From NCBI RefSeq assembly GCF_006345805.1, contig NC_043015.1:11842001-11906000 (forward strand): DNA of 64,000 nt, read 5' to 3'. Source of the stretch: Octopus sinensis (taxonomy: Eukaryota). Each line of letters opens with the position of its first letter. Within the stretch, counting starts at the first letter, position 1. The translations under genes were made by a program, and so were the position numbers. The notes beneath the pieces were generated by a model. It was not told the DNA's origin and did not search any database. It saw nothing but the letters and a program-made list of their open reading frames with translations. Below, one piece after another: positions 63,007 to 64,000 of this stretch.

Positions 63007-63590
63007 TGTATGTTTGTGTGTCTGTGTTTGTCCCCCTAGCATTGCTTGACAACTGATGCTGATGTGTTTATGTTCCCGTCACTTCGCGGTTCGGCAAAAG
63101 AGACTGATAGAAGAAGTACTGGGCTTACAAAGAATAAGTCCCGGGGTCGAGTTGCTCGATTAAAGGCGGTGCTCCAGCATGGCCGCAGTCAAATGACTGA
63201 AACAAGTAAAGAGTAAGAGTAATAGAAAAAGAGTATAACTCCACAAATCAGCAATGCTCGAGCACTAGCCCGTGGAGGATAATTTCGCATCTCGAACAGG
63301 ATTGGATTCATGGCCCTACCATGCCTGTAGTATTTATCCCGAACCACCAATCCCCTCACTCCTGGTAGGAGAGCCGGATCAACGATGTCCCATATTATCA
63401 GCGTGTCATTAGGCATACTGTTGATTAGCTCTGGTTCCACAGAACTACTGTGAGGAAATACCTCTTGGATAGGATAACAGGTAACAGCAGATAACATTTC
63501 TATAAATATTGTAGCTTCTCCAGACATCTTCTTATTGAACTGATGCATATTGAAACAGTTCTGGTGTAGCAATTCAGACAAGCGCTGAGG
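62160..63590 (-). pseudogene. L1/Tx1-clade LINE 3' end fossil split by a SINE A insertion
   Basis: GLVVRDKYYRHGRAMNP (ALPVRDKLYRHG-like) in ORF 63189-63581, and KVREENKMLPTPSKFVK downstream of the SINE; same family as 27100-27900. Confidence 0.7.
62843..63215 (+). mobile_element. SINE family A with a ~40-bp internal deletion
   Basis: GGCACCTTG joins directly to TGAGTGGATTTGG (CCTTG microhomology). Confidence 0.94.
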
Positions 63591-64000
63591 TTTTTAACTC
63601 ATTATCAATATGCTGCCTGTAATACTAAAAATGTAGCAACTCTGCAACTTTTGAATCTATAATAAACATGCAACTTCACATTCTATAAATATAAAGGGAA
63701 AATAGCATTCAAAATACAATCAGCTCGTAAATATTTTGCTTTCCTTATGCAGACATTTTTCAATCGAATAAAGATTTGATTGAAAATGTAGCTTTAAGTT
63801 CCAGCTGACCGTAAAGTAATTTATCTTCCTGTTACAAGGAATGTGTGCCCTTCTTTGCTGCTTCTGGTGCTTGAAAATGTAATAATTCGTAACACAATCC
63901 AGTGCCTATTCTCTGGACTTTCTTCAAGACGTAATTTTACGCCATAATTTTTTCTCCCTTTCCTGCAAATTGAATTATCTGCAATCACGTAAGTAAACAA

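Overview
AT-rich, repeat-saturated eukaryotic non-coding DNA (intronic or intergenic). The SINE families and microsatellite make-up look like an octopus (coleoid cephalopod) genome; this is recognition from memory, not a database result. I cannot support any intact protein-coding gene, tRNA, rRNA or CRISPR array, and nearly all ORFs in the track are microsatellite translations or decayed transposon frames. The window holds about 30 SINE copies from 4-5 families, non-autonomous Helitrons, a Helitron Rep/helicase fossil split by a ~1-kb deleted Gypsy-type LTR element (LTR-PBS-integrase tail-PPT-LTR), two DD37D (maT) and several mariner-type elements, L1/Tx1, RTE and RLE-type (HERO/NeSL-like) LINE fossils, Penelope-like (PLE) fragments, and very long microsatellites including a 2.9-kb (TACA)n. 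The most unusual signal is seven short foldback palindromes plus several hammerhead-ribozyme-like motifs. The best case is 58482-58722, where two inverted type-I hammerhead-like folds and CTCF-like motifs sit in one 240-bp palindrome. Coordinates were counted by hand; edges of degenerate elements are approximate (about 20-50 bp).
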